The position numbers and the translations under genes are program-made. From the NCBI GenBank assembly GCA_963755715.1, contig CAVWLW010000052.1, forward strand, positions 32,001 to 96,000: DNA of 64,000 bases, given 5' to 3'. Below the pieces are notes generated by a model that saw only the letters and a list, made by a program, of their open reading frames with translations, ran no database searches and was not told the DNA's origin. Source of the DNA: an uncultured delta proteobacterium. GTDB lineage: Bacteria; Desulfobacterota; Binatia; UBA9968. This document shows positions 20,575-32,168 of this stretch, one piece after another (the first letter of the stretch is position 1; the number at the start of each line of letters is the position of its first letter).

Positions 20575-21504
20575 TTACTTTCGATCCGGGGCGTAAAAAG
20601 TCTCCAAAAGCCTGCGTCGCATTGCTTCTTCGCCTCCTGGCAAAGCGTCGAACTTCGAAGTTTGGTCGGTGTTTTGAAGAATCTTCCCGCCTTCGCTGTT
20701 TTCATGCATCGATTGTAAAATCCGGCTGAGTCGTTCAGACGCCGCTGCCGGCAAGTCCTTGCGCACAGACACCAAGTGGCGTGGTAGCAAGTCGGTTTGG
20801 CCGAGGATGGTGAGGCTCGTTTTCTTTTGGTCGTCGAGCCTGGCGAAATCGTCATCACTGATCGCGCCGGCCGCCACCTGCTTCGCAAAAATCAAATCGA
20901 AGAGCTTCTCGCTATCGTCGGCAAAGATATAGCCCACCTCGGTTGCTGGAACTTGCGCGTTCATCGACGCCATCTGCTTGAGCTTGAAGCCGTTTCTCTG
21001 GAGGAAAAACTTCGGCAGAAAATAGCCCGACGTCGACTCCGGATCTTTGAAGGCGATGATTTTACCGCGCAGGCTGTCGAGACGGGTGATGCCGCTGTCT
21101 TTGCGGGTAGCGATCAAACTTCGATACTCGGCCATGCCGCTCTTCCAGCGCCGCAGCAATAACCGGCCGGCGCCGTGAACCTGATTGACGATGTAGGTCG
21201 GGTAGGGACTCTCCAGAAAAAAATCGACCTTGCTCTGTTCGAGCAGCTTGGCCAGCTCGGTCACCGTTGCGGCGACGACGACTTTGCCTTCGGCATCCGC
21301 AGCCGAGTGGTATTGACGCGATAGGTAGAAAACAAAATCGCGAAAATGTTCTTCGATCTCGCGCTGATGGGTGGTCGCCACGAGCCCCAGGGCGAGGCTC
21401 TTTGAAGTGGAAGGAGGGGCCGTTTGACCGGCGCCATTCGAGCACAGCGCTGCACCCAAGAAAAACGCCGGCAACATCGAATAAATCAATAAAAGACGTT
21501 TCAT
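20575..21504 (-). CDS. Phosphate/phosphite/phosphonate ABC substrate-binding protein (PhnD-like)
   Basis: LRGKIIAFKDPESTSGYFLP motif; signal peptide from MKRLL. Confidence 0.88.
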   Translation of the reverse strand: MKRLLLIYSMLPAFFLGAALCSNGAGQTAPPSTSKSLALGLVATTHQREIEEHFRDFVFYLSRQYHSAADAEGKVVVAATVTELAKLLEQSKVDFFLESPYPTYIVNQVHGAGRLLLRRWKSGMAEYRSLIATRKDSGITRLDSLRGKIIAFKDPESTSGYFLPKFFLQRNGFKLKQMASMNAQVPATEVGYIFADDSEKLFDLIFAKQVAAGAISDDDFARLDDQKKTSLTILGQTDLLPRHLVSVRKDLPAAASERLSRILQSMHENSEGGKILQNTDQTSKFDALPGGEEAMRRRLLETFYAPDRK

Positions 21505-21849
21505 GATCTCTCCAAGGGGTCTGTGATGTGGCTTTGTTCCTATCCAACTGCGGCCGGCTTGGCAAGGGAGAAGAAACGGAAAGCGCCATCGCCATTGGGT
21601 GAAGAGGCGGAGGATGCTATTTTGCTCGAACTGGGACAGAACCGATCGGCAGTGGAGCGCGCTATCGCGGCTTGGACACCCCGGTTTCACGGCAATTGTG
21701 CGGGCACAGTGCCGCTCCTTGGCCAATTCTTCAAATTGGTCGTCATTTAACGTAAAATTTTTCATCATGAATTTCTTTGGCAAATGACGCGTGGAAAGGT
21801 AAAATGCGTGAGTCTCGGTCGGCCCGGTCCGATCCAACTATAATTCGCT

Positions 21850-24800
21850 ATGCGGACTCGTGATAAAGTCGTTGTTGTTCTCATCGTGGCCAGCCTCATT
21901 CTAGGCGGCCTGATCTTTGTTGCCTTTCAAGACAATGAAGTCGAGGCAAATTATTCGCGCTGGCTGTTTACCACCAATCTCCAGCACCTTTTTTCTTCCC
22001 CGGCAAAATTCCTATCCGATGAGTTGCCGTCCGGCACGGTATTCTACGGCGGTTTGACGCTCTTCGCCGTGGTGATGACCGTGGTTTTCTTGAAGATGAC
22101 GCGCGACGGCGAAATCCAAGCGCTGCGAAGACGGTTGATCGACTTGCGGTCGGAAAAGCATCAGACCGAGAGCTTGCTGCAAGAGGAGGTTTGGAAAGGC
22201 AAGCACGAGCGGCAGTCGAAGGATTCGGCGATGCGCGATCTCGAGACGAGCATCGACAAGATCGAAACACTGCTCGGCGAGCTCAACGAAAAGGAACAGG
22301 AGCTAAAAGCGCGCGACGTGCAACTGGTGTCGCTGAAGACAAGCGCCCTCGGGGATTCCGATTCCACGCCGGCGAGACCTTCATCGGAACGCCTGCTGCG
22401 GGAAGAGATCAACAAAAAGAATGAGATTCTGCAGACGAAGGACTCAGCGATTCGAGAACTCGAACAGCGGTTAAGCGCGAAGACCCGGCTGTGGGAGAGT
22501 CAGCTACGGGAAAAAGACGGACTATTAAACGGCCGCAACAGCGAGCTGGAAAGCCTACGGGTAGAAATCTCCGATCTCAATGGACAGCTCAACGATTTAA
22601 CGAGCGCAAAAAAACGCGCCGAAGATCTACTGCAGGAGGAATTGCGCAAGAAGAAGGAAGTTCTCGAAGCCAACGATGTGGCGGTTCGGTCGGAAGAGAA
22701 GCGCTTAACCGAAAGAATTAGAGCACTGGAAAACCATGTGGGCGAGAAGGATAAACTGCTGAGAACTCGCGACACGGAGCTCAGCGGTTTTCGCCGCCAG
22801 TTGGACGAGTTCGAATCGGCCAAAGAGCAAATGCAAAGCCGGCTCCAAGAGGAGCTTGGAAAATCCGAGCAAGACCGGCGCGCGAAAGACCAGGTCATCA
22901 AGGATCTGGAGCAGCGCCTGAGCGCGAACCTGCAGGCTCTAAAGAACGAGGTTGGCGAGAAGGATCTGCTATTGCAGACGCGCGCCGCCGAACTAAAATC
23001 GCTCCAGTCTGAAGTCAAATCGATTTCACTACGCTTGAGCGAAATGGCAGCCGCCAAAGTGCGCGCCGAGGAAAATCTGCAAGAGGAGCTTAAGAAGGAG
23101 AGGCAGCAGCACGAGAACGCCCGAATCGCCTATCAAGAGCTCGAAGAGCGCACGGGCAAAGAAATCAAGCTGCTGGCCGCCCAACGTGCCGAACAGGAAG
23201 AATCTTTCACACGCCGCGCCGGCGAAATCCAAAAGCTCAAGCAGGAAGTCGATGCGGTGGCGCTGCGATTGCGCGAATCGAGCGTCGCCAAGGAACAGAC
23301 CGAGAAGGCGCTGCGCGACCAGCTCAACAAAGAGAAAGCTCAACGCGAGTCGAAAGAGGCCGCCGGCCGTGAATTGGAACAGCGTTACGGCATAGAGATC
23401 CAGGCGCTCAAAAGCCAGCTCGGCGAAAAGGAAGAGTCGCTCAGAAGCCGCGGCGACGAAATCAAATCGCTTAAAACACAGGTCGCCTCGCTTGCCGAGC
23501 AATTGACAAAAGTGGGCTCGGCGAAAGAGCGGGCGGCGAGCCTGCTTCAGCAAAAGCTCAAGGCGGAAAAGCAAGGACTCCAAGCAAACGATTCCGCGGT
23601 ACGGGAGCTCGAAGCCAGTTTTACGGCCAAGATCGACGCGCTCGAGCAACAACTGGCGGCCAAGCAGGATCTTGTCGGCAATCGCGATACCGAAGTAGCG
23701 GCGCTCAAGTCCGAGCTCGCATCGCTGAATCAAAAGATGGCGAACCTCGCGGCGGCGCATAAACAAGCGGAGAATTTGTTCGAAGATGCCGTCAGAGAGA
23801 GAACCGAGCTCTTACAATCGAAGGACGCGGCCGTTGAAAAGCTTGAAGCCGATCTGAGCGGCCGGATTCGCGAAATGGAAAGCCGGCTTCGTGAAAATGA
23901 CGACCTGCTTAATCGTCGCGAATCGGAGCTGAGCGAGCTCAAAAATCAGCTCGCCGAGGTGGCGACGGCGAAGGAGCAAACGGCGCGCTCCCTCGGTGAA
24001 AATCTCAGGGAGAAAAACGCGCTGCTCGACGAGAAAGACGCCGCTATCCATGCTCTCGAGGAGCGTTTCGGCACGCGCATCCACACGCTTGAGAGCGAGC
24101 TCGGCGAGAAGCAGAATCTTCTCGAGGCGCGGGAGCAGGAACTTAGAGGGCTCCTGGCCAAAGCCAACGCGCTGTCCGGCGACCTGGCCGAGCTTGGGAC
24201 CTCAAAAGACCAGGCGCTACGTTCGCTCCAAGAAGACTTGAAGCACAGAACGGACATGCTCGACGCCAAAGAGTCCGCCATGTCAGACTCTGGAGGAGCG
24301 CTTGAACGCCAAAGCGCGTTCTCTGGAAGGTCAATTGAGCCAAAAGCAAGAGCTGCTCGCGGCCCGCGATACGGAGCTCGACGCGCTAATGATGAAGGTC
24401 AGCGAGCTTACCCAAAGGCTCAGCGAAATGGGTGCCGAGCAGGATCGTTCGGATCGCCTCCTTCAAGAAGAGTTGCGCGAAAAGACCGCGCTCTTGCAGT
24501 CTCGAGAGTCATCCATCGATGAGTTAGAAGATCAATTGAAAGGCCGAGTGGAATCTCTCGAGCGTCAGGTCGTGGAGAAGCATAGACTCTTGGAAGCTAG
24601 CGGCGTCGAGATCGGCGAGCTGCGCGCGCAATTCTACGCCATCACCGAGCGCCTCAATGAAGCTGAAGCTGCGAAGGTGGCTTTGGAAGGTCTACTCGAA
24701 GAGGAACGCGGCAAAAATAACAAAACGCTCATGGTTATGGAAACGGCGGAAAGCCACGGCGAGGTCAATGGCGAAGCGCATGGCCTGGAAACCTTGTTGA

Positions 24801-24976
24801 GCGAAAGAGAACAACTGCTCCAGGCGCGCGACAAATTAATTCAAAACTTAATGACCGAGCTGAGGGAAAAGAAAACCCAACTGGCCAGACAGGAGATCGA
24901 GGTCTGGCAGAAAATCGAACGGCGCGAAGCCTGGAAACACCGGCTCTCCAAAATCGGCATTCGAATCAAGGACTGA
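21850..24976 (+). CDS. Membrane-anchored long coiled-coil repeat protein, about 1040 aa (frameshift near 24283)
   Basis: Two N-terminal hydrophobic segments, then E/K/L/R-rich heptads in ten 78/71-aa repeats; continues in ORF 24302..24976. Confidence 0.85.
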
Positions 24977-25079
24977 ATACTTCGCCGCGCTTTCGCGATC
25001 GCGACGAATGCCACATCGCCTACTCACCCTAGCATCGCCGCTCGCCGCGCACTGAAAGTTTTCCGCAGCAAGCCGTCGC

Positions 25080-26087
25080 TTATTTCTTCCTGCCATAAAG
25101 CCCGTCGATGTAGCCGCTCTTGTCGAACTCTTCGACGAAACGGGCATCGATGAAGTCTTGCGGTTTTGCGGTTTTTGCCTTCGGGTTGGTGAGCGCGAGC
25201 TGGTCGATGATCGTCTTTAGCCCTTCCGCCGTCGGATATTGCTTCATCGGCAGCTTGTTCTCATCAATCGAGCTTTCGTAGGTTTTCCGTAACAACTCCG
25301 GATCTTCTAAACGCAGGTATTTCGCCGCGATCTTGAGTCCCGTGGCGCGGTCGGTTTTCAAGCGGTGCACCGCCTCGATGTACGATTTAACGAAATTTCG
25401 CACCACGTCCGGATGCTCGCGCAAATATTTTCGCGTCGTCACCCCGCCTTGATGCTGGTAGGCGAGGCCTAGAGCGGCGACATCGGCCAAGAGATGAAAG
25501 CCTCTTTTTTGTGCGACGAAGGTCGCCGGCGGAACCAGAGTGCTACCCGAAACGCGCCGCGCTTCCATGGCGGCCAAGCGTTCCGGCGTGCTGCCGGTTT
25601 GCACGATCGTGACATCCTTCCCGGGACTGAGCCCGAGCCGCGCGAGCGCGTAGCGCGCGACAAAGTCCGCCGCGCCGCCGAAACGGGCGACCGCGATCGT
25701 GCCGCCCTTTAATTGCTCCGGGGTTTTGATTTCAGGCTGTGTCATCAGCCAATAATCCAAACTGACGATGCCGCCGACCACGTAGACTGGGTCGGCTCCT
25801 GCTAGCCCGGCGCTGACGATGCCAGGCCCTGAGGCTTGAATCAGCGGCGTATCGCCTGAAACCATCGCGGTGACGGACAGCGTTCCGCCCGTGAAATATA
25901 TCAGCTGCGCATCGAGATTATTCTTTGCGAAGATACCGGTATCCTTGGCGACCCAGATCACCAGTTGATCGGCGCTGATGCCGCTGTAGCCAATGGCTAC
26001 TTTGGTTGCTTGCGCCGACGCAGGTGCATTCCAGCAAACGGATAAAAGCGCGACTAGAGCAGCCGGGATATTCAATTTTTTAATCAT
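25080..26087 (-). CDS. ABC substrate-binding protein, NMT1/SsuA-like
   Basis: Signal peptide; WVAKDTGIFAKNNLD; LKGGTIAVARFGG. Confidence 0.9.
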   Translation of the reverse strand: MIKKLNIPAALVALLSVCWNAPASAQATKVAIGYSGISADQLVIWVAKDTGIFAKNNLDAQLIYFTGGTLSVTAMVSGDTPLIQASGPGIVSAGLAGADPVYVVGGIVSLDYWLMTQPEIKTPEQLKGGTIAVARFGGAADFVARYALARLGLSPGKDVTIVQTGSTPERLAAMEARRVSGSTLVPPATFVAQKRGFHLLADVAALGLAYQHQGGVTTRKYLREHPDVVRNFVKSYIEAVHRLKTDRATGLKIAAKYLRLEDPELLRKTYESSIDENKLPMKQYPTAEGLKTIIDQLALTNPKAKTAKPQDFIDARFVEEFDKSGYIDGLYGRKK

Positions 26088-26222
26088 CGACAATCCTCTC
26101 GCTGACTCGATCGACCTGAATTCGCGGCTTTTGCATGCGTGCCCATTGCCGGGCCTTGCTTGGCCTGCGCAGGCGACCGGAAAAGAAGACAATGGGATTA
26201 TGAATATCGGAGCGAGCTTCGG

Positions 26223-26837
26223 TTATTTTTGTAAGTAGCTCGCAGGCATAGGCACGCGGAGAATATTGATGCCCTCACTGTCTTCGATGTAGCGGATGAA
26301 GCGATATTTATTTTCCAGCTCGTCGTAGCGCAGCGGCGGCGCTTCGGCGCGGCCGGCTTCGATGCGCGCCCAGATAAAATGCGGTCCGTCGTGGCCTAGG
26401 GCATGATTCACGGCCTGTTTCAGTTCGTCGACGGTGGCCGCGGCGCTGGAACTTTGGATGCCGGCGTTGCGCGCCACACCGGCGAAATCGATCTTGCCCG
26501 CGGTTGCAACCGTCGGTTCGCCGCCGGAAGATTCGTATTGCTGGTTGTCCCAGCAAATGTGAATGAGATTTTTCGGCTGATGCAGGCCGATGGTCGCGAG
26601 CGAGCCGAGATTCATCCACAGAGCGCCATCGCCGTCGAAGACGAAAACTTTGCGCTGGGGAAGCGCGATGGCAAGGCCGAGACCGATGGAGGAGCACAGG
26701 CCGAGGGTTTTGACTTGAATATTGCCGTCGCTCGGCCGCAGCGCATTCCACTCGGCGGTAGCGCCGCCCGCGGTGGTGACGAACAATTCTTTATCGATCA
26801 GCGGCGCAATCGCTTGCAAGCATTCAAAGCGTTTCAT
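26223..26837 (-). CDS. comE: Sulfopyruvate/phosphonopyruvate decarboxylase beta subunit-like (ThDP C-domain)
   Basis: MKRFECLQAI start; DGDGALWMNLGSL...DNQQYESSGG. Confidence 0.72.
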   Translation of the reverse strand: MKRFECLQAIAPLIDKELFVTTAGGATAEWNALRPSDGNIQVKTLGLCSSIGLGLAIALPQRKVFVFDGDGALWMNLGSLATIGLHQPKNLIHICWDNQQYESSGGEPTVATAGKIDFAGVARNAGIQSSSAAATVDELKQAVNHALGHDGPHFIWARIEAGRAEAPPLRYDELENKYRFIRYIEDSEGINILRVPMPASYLQK

Positions 26838-26845
26838 GATGAACC

Positions 26846-27340
26846 TTATAAGACCGCGCGGGTGAGGAGCAAAGCGACCGGTCGTTTGGAGCTGTTCGCC
26901 AGCACGACGGCGCCGCCGATGTCTTGCTTCACTTTCGCCGGATCGCGCAGCACGACGTATTTGATGCCCAATCCTTGCAGCACCGGCTCGGTGACGAGGC
27001 CGACCATGTGAAAGGCGTTGTCGCCGATATCGCCGGCATAATAAATCAGGAGCAGGATCGGCACGCCGAACTGAAGCGCCGTCGTCGTGAGACCGTTGCA
27101 ACTGTTCAGCAAGCCGCCGTTTTGCATCAACATGGCCGTTTTTTTGCCGCCCAGATGCGCGCCGGCGCAGACGCCGATCCCTTCTTCTTCGCGGCCGACG
27201 GGGACATGAGCGATGTCTTTATCTTCGTAAAGCAGATTGATGAGCTGCATCATATTGATATCGGGAACGCTCGATACGAGGTCGATGCCGGCTTCTTTCA
27301 ATCCTGCGAGAATCTGCTGCGCTCCCGCGACGGTTCCCAT
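26846..27340 (-). CDS. comD: Sulfopyruvate decarboxylase alpha subunit-like
   Basis: SVPD, REEEGIGVCAGAHLGG, LMQNGGL.N motifs; adjacent to the beta subunit. Confidence 0.75.
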   Translation of the reverse strand: MGTVAGAQQILAGLKEAGIDLVSSVPDINMMQLINLLYEDKDIAHVPVGREEEGIGVCAGAHLGGKKTAMLMQNGGLLNSCNGLTTTALQFGVPILLLIYYAGDIGDNAFHMVGLVTEPVLQGLGIKYVVLRDPAKVKQDIGGAVVLANSSKRPVALLLTRAVL

Positions 27341-27553
27341 ATCGCCAATCCCTCGAAAGTCCGCAGGCGCGCGTTACACGCGCCCGCGTCGGTTTGCTTT
27401 AATGCTTCCTCCTTCTAGGAATTATCTTCGGTTGTGTCAAGCAAGATGAAGGTTGGTTTGACACTCTGTAGCGGATTCTGTTAGCAGAGATAGCGATTCA
27501 ACCATCGGAGGTGCGGCCTGTGAAATTTTTGCATGTGGCTCGGGAGTCGCTCT

Positions 27554-28514
27554 ATGAACGCGCCGTTACGCTGCTTTTCTCTGGCGTAGCATCTTCGCCG
27601 CTGCGGCGATTTCCGAGGCGGCAGAGTATCCGACCAAGACCATGCAGATCATCAATCCTTTTCCGCCGGGAGCCGTGACCGACATCGTCGCGCGCATCGT
27701 CGCGCCGAAGATGACCGCGCTTCTCGGTCAGCAGGTGATTATCGTCAACAAAGCCGGTGGTGGCGGCGCCGTCGGTATTCAGGCCGCCAAGGACGCTGCG
27801 CCGGACGGTTACACGATTCTCGTCACGCCGCCGCCGATACTGCTGATTCCGCTCGTCAATAAGAATTCCGGTTTCGCGATGAAGGATTTCACGCCGCTGA
27901 ATCTCGCGACCAGCAGCCCGAACACCACCGTAGTGAAAGCGGATGCGCCGTGGAAGACGCTCGAAGAATTCATCGCCGAGGCGGCGAAAAACCCCGGGGC
28001 GCTGACTTACGGTTCGGCCGGGCCCGGCACCACGCCGCATTTTATCGGCGAGCTGGTGAAGCTCAAAACCAAGATCGATCTCACCCATGTTCCCCTTGGC
28101 TCGGAATCGGCGGCGGCCACCGCCGTGCTCGGCGGTCATGTAAATATCGCATTTTTGACCTTGGGTACGACCCGAAGCCACATCGAAGCCGGCACCATGC
28201 GGGCGTTGGCGGTGGCTTCCAATCGACGACTTAAAGACTTTCCCAATATACCGACGACGGTAGAAAAAGGTTTCCCCGAGCTCAACTTGAAAATCTGGGT
28301 GGGTTTTTTCGCGCCGGCAAAAACGCCGGCGGCGATCGTCAAACGGCTGGCTGCGGCGCTCAGCGAAAGCCTGAAAGATACGGAAGTCGCCGCCCATATC
28401 GAAAAGGCGCAAGCGCTGATCGAAAATCTCGGCCCCCAGGAAGCGGCGAAGTTTTACACCGAGGAAGAACGCAAGTGGTCCGAGGTAACGCGCGTTGCTA
28501 AGATCGGCAACTGA
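27554..28514 (+). CDS. tctC: Tripartite tricarboxylate transporter binding protein (Bug/TctC); probable indel in the signal peptide
   Basis: YPTKTMQII.PFPPGAVTD..AR, NKAGGGG, PDGYT, YGSAGPGT.PH. Confidence 0.9.
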
Positions 28515-28546
28515 GCGTGCTTTGAATTCATCTTTGTCTTAAATCG

Positions 28547-29002
28547 ATGAAACGGTCCGATGCCGCAGTGTCCGTGATCCTAATCGGATTGGCTGGATTT
28601 ATCCTCCTGGAAAGCCGCCATCTTTCGTTCGGCACCATGCGCGTGCCGCAAACCGCATTCTTTCCGAAGATTCTAGCGGTATTGTTGCTGATTTTTTCCG
28701 GCATCGCGTTGCTCCAGGCACTCCTTGGACCCCAATCCGCAAGCCGCTCTGAACCGCTCGCCGCCGAAGGTTGGACAAGAATCGGCGCGACTTTGGCAAC
28801 GATGGTGGGTTTTGCTTTTGTACTCGAGCGCGCCGGGTTTTTTCTAACGACCTTTCTTTTGATGATCTTGCTGCTGCGTGCGATAGAGGCTCAGAGGTGG
28901 TCCAAAGTCATCGGCATCGCTGTGGCGACGGCGCTGATCTCCTACGCCATTTTTGGCTGGCTTCTCGGTATTCCTCTCCCCACCGGCATCTTGGGAATCT
29001 GA
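28547..29002 (+). CDS. tctB: TTT small permease TctB
   Basis: Four TM segments; FFP motif; F.WLLGIPLP.G; lies between tctC and tctA. Confidence 0.88.
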   Translation: MKRSDAAVSVILIGLAGFILLESRHLSFGTMRVPQTAFFPKILAVLLLIFSGIALLQALLGPQSASRSEPLAAEGWTRIGATLATMVGFAFVLERAGFFLTTFLLMILLLRAIEAQRWSKVIGIAVATALISYAIFGWLLGIPLPTGILGI

Positions 29003-29003
29003 G

Positions 29004-30554
29004 GTGGATCTCTTCACCAATGTCGCGCTCGGCTTCTCGGTCGCACTCACGCCGACAAATTTGCTTTTTTGTTTTCTCGGCTCCCTGGTCGGCACGCTGG
29101 TCGGCGTATTGCCGGGCTTGGGTCCAGTCGGCGCGATCGCGTTTTTGCTGTCATTGACGTTCAAAATGGAGCCGGCGACCGCGATCATCATGCTCGCCGG
29201 CATTTACTACGGCGCCATGTACGGCGGCTCGACGACGTCGATTCTAGTCAATATCCCGGGCGAGACGGCGTCGGTAGTTACTTGTCTCGACGGTTACCGT
29301 ATGGCGCGCCAAGGCCGCGCGGGCGCGGCGTTGGGCATCTCCGCTTTCGGCTCGTTTATCGCTGGAACTTTCGGCGTGATCGGGCTCATGTTTCTCGCGC
29401 CGATGCTTGGACGAGCGGCGCTCCGCTTCGGGCCGCCGGAATATTTTGCGCTGACGCTCACCGGTTTGACTCTGGTCGCCTATCTTACGCAGGGATCGAT
29501 GCTCAAGGCGTTGATCATGACTACGCTGGGGCTGCTCGCTGGCAGCGTCGGCATGGATCCGATTTCGGGCGAAGAGCGCTTTACCTTTGGCAGTCTGACC
29601 TTGCGCGATGGTTTGGGTCTTGTGCCCGTGGCTATGGGGCTTTTCGGTATCGCCGAGGTGCTGGAGAACTTGGGCGCCACGGGCACGCAATCGATTTACC
29701 AAACAAAGATCAAAGGATTGCTGCCCAACGCGAAAGATTGGCGCGACAGCGGCTGGCCGATCGCGCGCGGCTCCGTCATCGGCTTTCTCTTGGGCATTTT
29801 GCCCGGCCCTGGTCCGGTAATCGCGTCGTTTGTTTCTTATGCGATGGAAAAGCGCATGTCGCGCTATCCGGAAAAATTCGGCACCGGTGTAATCGAAGGG
29901 GTCGCCGGACCCGAAGCGGCCAACAATTCCGCCACGGCCGGATCGTTTATTCCTTTGCTCTCGCTCGGCATCCCGACCAGCGCGATCATGGCGCTCTTCA
30001 TGGGCGCCCTGATGATTCACGGCATCCAGCCCGGCCCGCTCTTTATCAGCAAGTATCCGGAACTGTTCTGGGGCTTCATCGCCAGCATGTACATCGGCAA
30101 CGCGATGCTGCTGGTGTTGAATTTGCCCCTGATCGGTATTTGGGTGCGCCTGCTCAAGACGCCGTACACGATTTTATTTCCGTTGATTTTGCTGTTCTGC
30201 CTGATCGGCGTCTACACGCTTAATTCCAACACAACGGAAATCCTCATCATGCTCATCTTCGGCATCGCCGGCTTTTTCTTGAGGCGCCTTGGCTTCGAAG
30301 GGGCGCCGTTTATCCTCGCGATGGTGCTCGGCCCGGTGATGGAAACGTCGCTGCGCCAATCGCTGCTCATCTCGCGCGGCAATTTCGCGATCTTTTACAC
30401 TCGGCCGATTTGCGCCGTCCTGCTGGCGCTGACAATCCTGTTTTTGATCGTTCCCGCTGTTTCGCGGCAAAAAAAACTCATGATGTGCGCACGCATGCGC
30501 GCATGGGTTTTGTTCGATCGATCATGCCTACAGAGCCGGGTTGATGCGCTGTGA
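29004..30554 (+). CDS. tctA: TTT large permease TctA
   Basis: [39 protein letters not shown]. Confidence 0.95.
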   Translation: MDLFTNVALGFSVALTPTNLLFCFLGSLVGTLVGVLPGLGPVGAIAFLLSLTFKMEPATAIIMLAGIYYGAMYGGSTTSILVNIPGETASVVTCLDGYRMARQGRAGAALGISAFGSFIAGTFGVIGLMFLAPMLGRAALRFGPPEYFALTLTGLTLVAYLTQGSMLKALIMTTLGLLAGSVGMDPISGEERFTFGSLTLRDGLGLVPVAMGLFGIAEVLENLGATGTQSIYQTKIKGLLPNAKDWRDSGWPIARGSVIGFLLGILPGPGPVIASFVSYAMEKRMSRYPEKFGTGVIEGVAGPEAANNSATAGSFIPLLSLGIPTSAIMALFMGALMIHGIQPGPLFISKYPELFWGFIASMYIGNAMLLVLNLPLIGIWVRLLKTPYTILFPLILLFCLIGVYTLNSNTTEILIMLIFGIAGFFLRRLGFEGAPFILAMVLGPVMETSLRQSLLISRGNFAIFYTRPICAVLLALTILFLIVPAVSRQKKLMMCARMRAWVLFDRSCLQSRVDAL

Positions 30555-30594
30555 AAAGGTAGTAAGCTAAACAGCGAGTCGAGCAAGTCCAGCG

Positions 30595-31096
30595 ATGCAA
30601 ATGTCGTTACATCTTGGCAAGCACTACCGTGTTTGGCTGCTCCTGTTCCTGGCCGTCACCTGTCTTGGCGCGGCCGCCGAAAAATCCGAAAAATCCGTCT
30701 ATTCGCAAATTTCGAACAAGGAACTCAAACAGCGAACCCTCCGGCTGGTTAAAAACATTCGGGATATGGTCGAGTCGTACAATCAAAAAGATCGAGAGCT
30801 CATGGCCGATTACGACAAGAAGAATCGGCCCGAATATCGCTCTCGACGAGCGTAAAGCCATGCGAGAGCAGTGGATGCGGCAGTCCGATTCGGTTCACGA
30901 TGCGACGATGCGCCGCTATAAAGAAACCTACTGGGCCGACGCCATCCTTCTGCTCGATGAGCTCTACCGCCGTGTGCCCCAGCGCATGCGTCAGAAAGAT
31001 ATCCTGCCGATTTATCAGCATCCCACCAACGTTCTCGGCGTGGAAACCATCGCCAATCACCTGGAGCTAATGGCGAAAGCATTGCCGGACGCGTAA
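30595..31096 (+). CDS. Hypothetical secreted protein (frameshift near 30838)
   Basis: Signal peptide in ORF 30595..30855; helical continuation in ORF ending 31096. Confidence 0.6.
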
Positions 31097-31117
31097 CTTC
31101 CGAACTTAATCTAATTT

Positions 31118-32128
31118 CTACTTGGCATACAGTCGGTTCATCTCGTCGAAGAAGCCGGAGCTTTCCAATTCGTTGATGTAGCGCGCTTCGATGAATCCTT
31201 CCGGATTGACGCCGGCGACTTCAGGACTCGAGCGGGACAACAAGTAAAGCATCGATTTGGCCACCCGCGCCGTCGGCGTGGGTTTGGTCATCAGTCTTTC
31301 TCTGTAAAGATTATAGATCGTGTTCAGAACTTCAGCGTCTTGAGTCGCGACATATTTTTTTAATGTGGCCAAGGCGAACTCAGGTTTGGCGCGAAACAAG
31401 TACAGTCCTTCGATCCAGGCTTTGAGGAACTTAAGGGTGATGTCCGGATTCTTACTCACATAAGAGCGGCGCGCGAGGATCCCGGAACCGGAAATTTCCA
31501 GCGGTAGCTTGGAGTAGTCGATGAGCGTGCGAAAGCCCAGTTTGTTTGCCGTTAGCGTCTGGATGCCGGCGATGATCGCGCCGTGGATGCGACCGGTTTG
31601 CAGACCGCTCAGGCGCGCGCCCAGATCGCCGACAGGGACGATGGTCACGTCTTTCTCGGCGATGCCATTCAGGCGCAGGCCTTCGCGTAGCAGGATGTCG
31701 GTCAGTGAGCCCGCTGTGCTCATGCCCAACACTTTGCCGCGCAACTGCTCGGCGCTCGTAATATTTTTTTGCACGACCAGCGAGTGCTCGAGCTGATTCA
31801 TCGGCGAGGCGATCAGCGCGGTGTCGGCGCCGCGCTGGTAGGCTTCCAACGCGGGCATGCCGGAGTGATTGACGAATTGCACGCTGCCGCCGATCAGGGA
31901 CATGATGCTGCGCGGCCCGCCGGAGATGTAGACGAGATTTAGATCCAAGCCGTACTTTTCGTAGAGGCGCGCTTCTTTGGCTACCCAGGTTTGTGCCATC
32001 GAGCCCGAGATGGCGCCGTAGCTGGCGTTGACTTTTTCCAGCGACGCGGCGGCGAGCGGCGAAATCTGTGCGAGGCTCACAAGCAAAAGAAAAGCACCGA
32101 TCAGGCTTCGCGTGATTTGTCTTGTCAT
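31118..32128 (-). CDS. ABC substrate-binding protein, NMT1/SsuA-like
   Basis: WVAKEARLYEKYGLD; LRGKVLGMSTAGS. Confidence 0.9.
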   Translation of the reverse strand: MTRQITRSLIGAFLLLVSLAQISPLAAASLEKVNASYGAISGSMAQTWVAKEARLYEKYGLDLNLVYISGGPRSIMSLIGGSVQFVNHSGMPALEAYQRGADTALIASPMNQLEHSLVVQKNITSAEQLRGKVLGMSTAGSLTDILLREGLRLNGIAEKDVTIVPVGDLGARLSGLQTGRIHGAIIAGIQTLTANKLGFRTLIDYSKLPLEISGSGILARRSYVSKNPDITLKFLKAWIEGLYLFRAKPEFALATLKKYVATQDAEVLNTIYNLYRERLMTKPTPTARVAKSMLYLLSRSSPEVAGVNPEGFIEARYINELESSGFFDEMNRLYAK

Positions 32129-32168
32129 AGAATTTGGCCTTTCCTGTCTGGCGCCGCAGCAAGGTTCA

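Noticed and set aside
21850-24976. SMC/chromosome segregation ATPase or phage tape measure protein
   Set aside because: There are no Walker A/B or hinge motifs, the N-terminus has TM anchors, and no phage genes are nearby.
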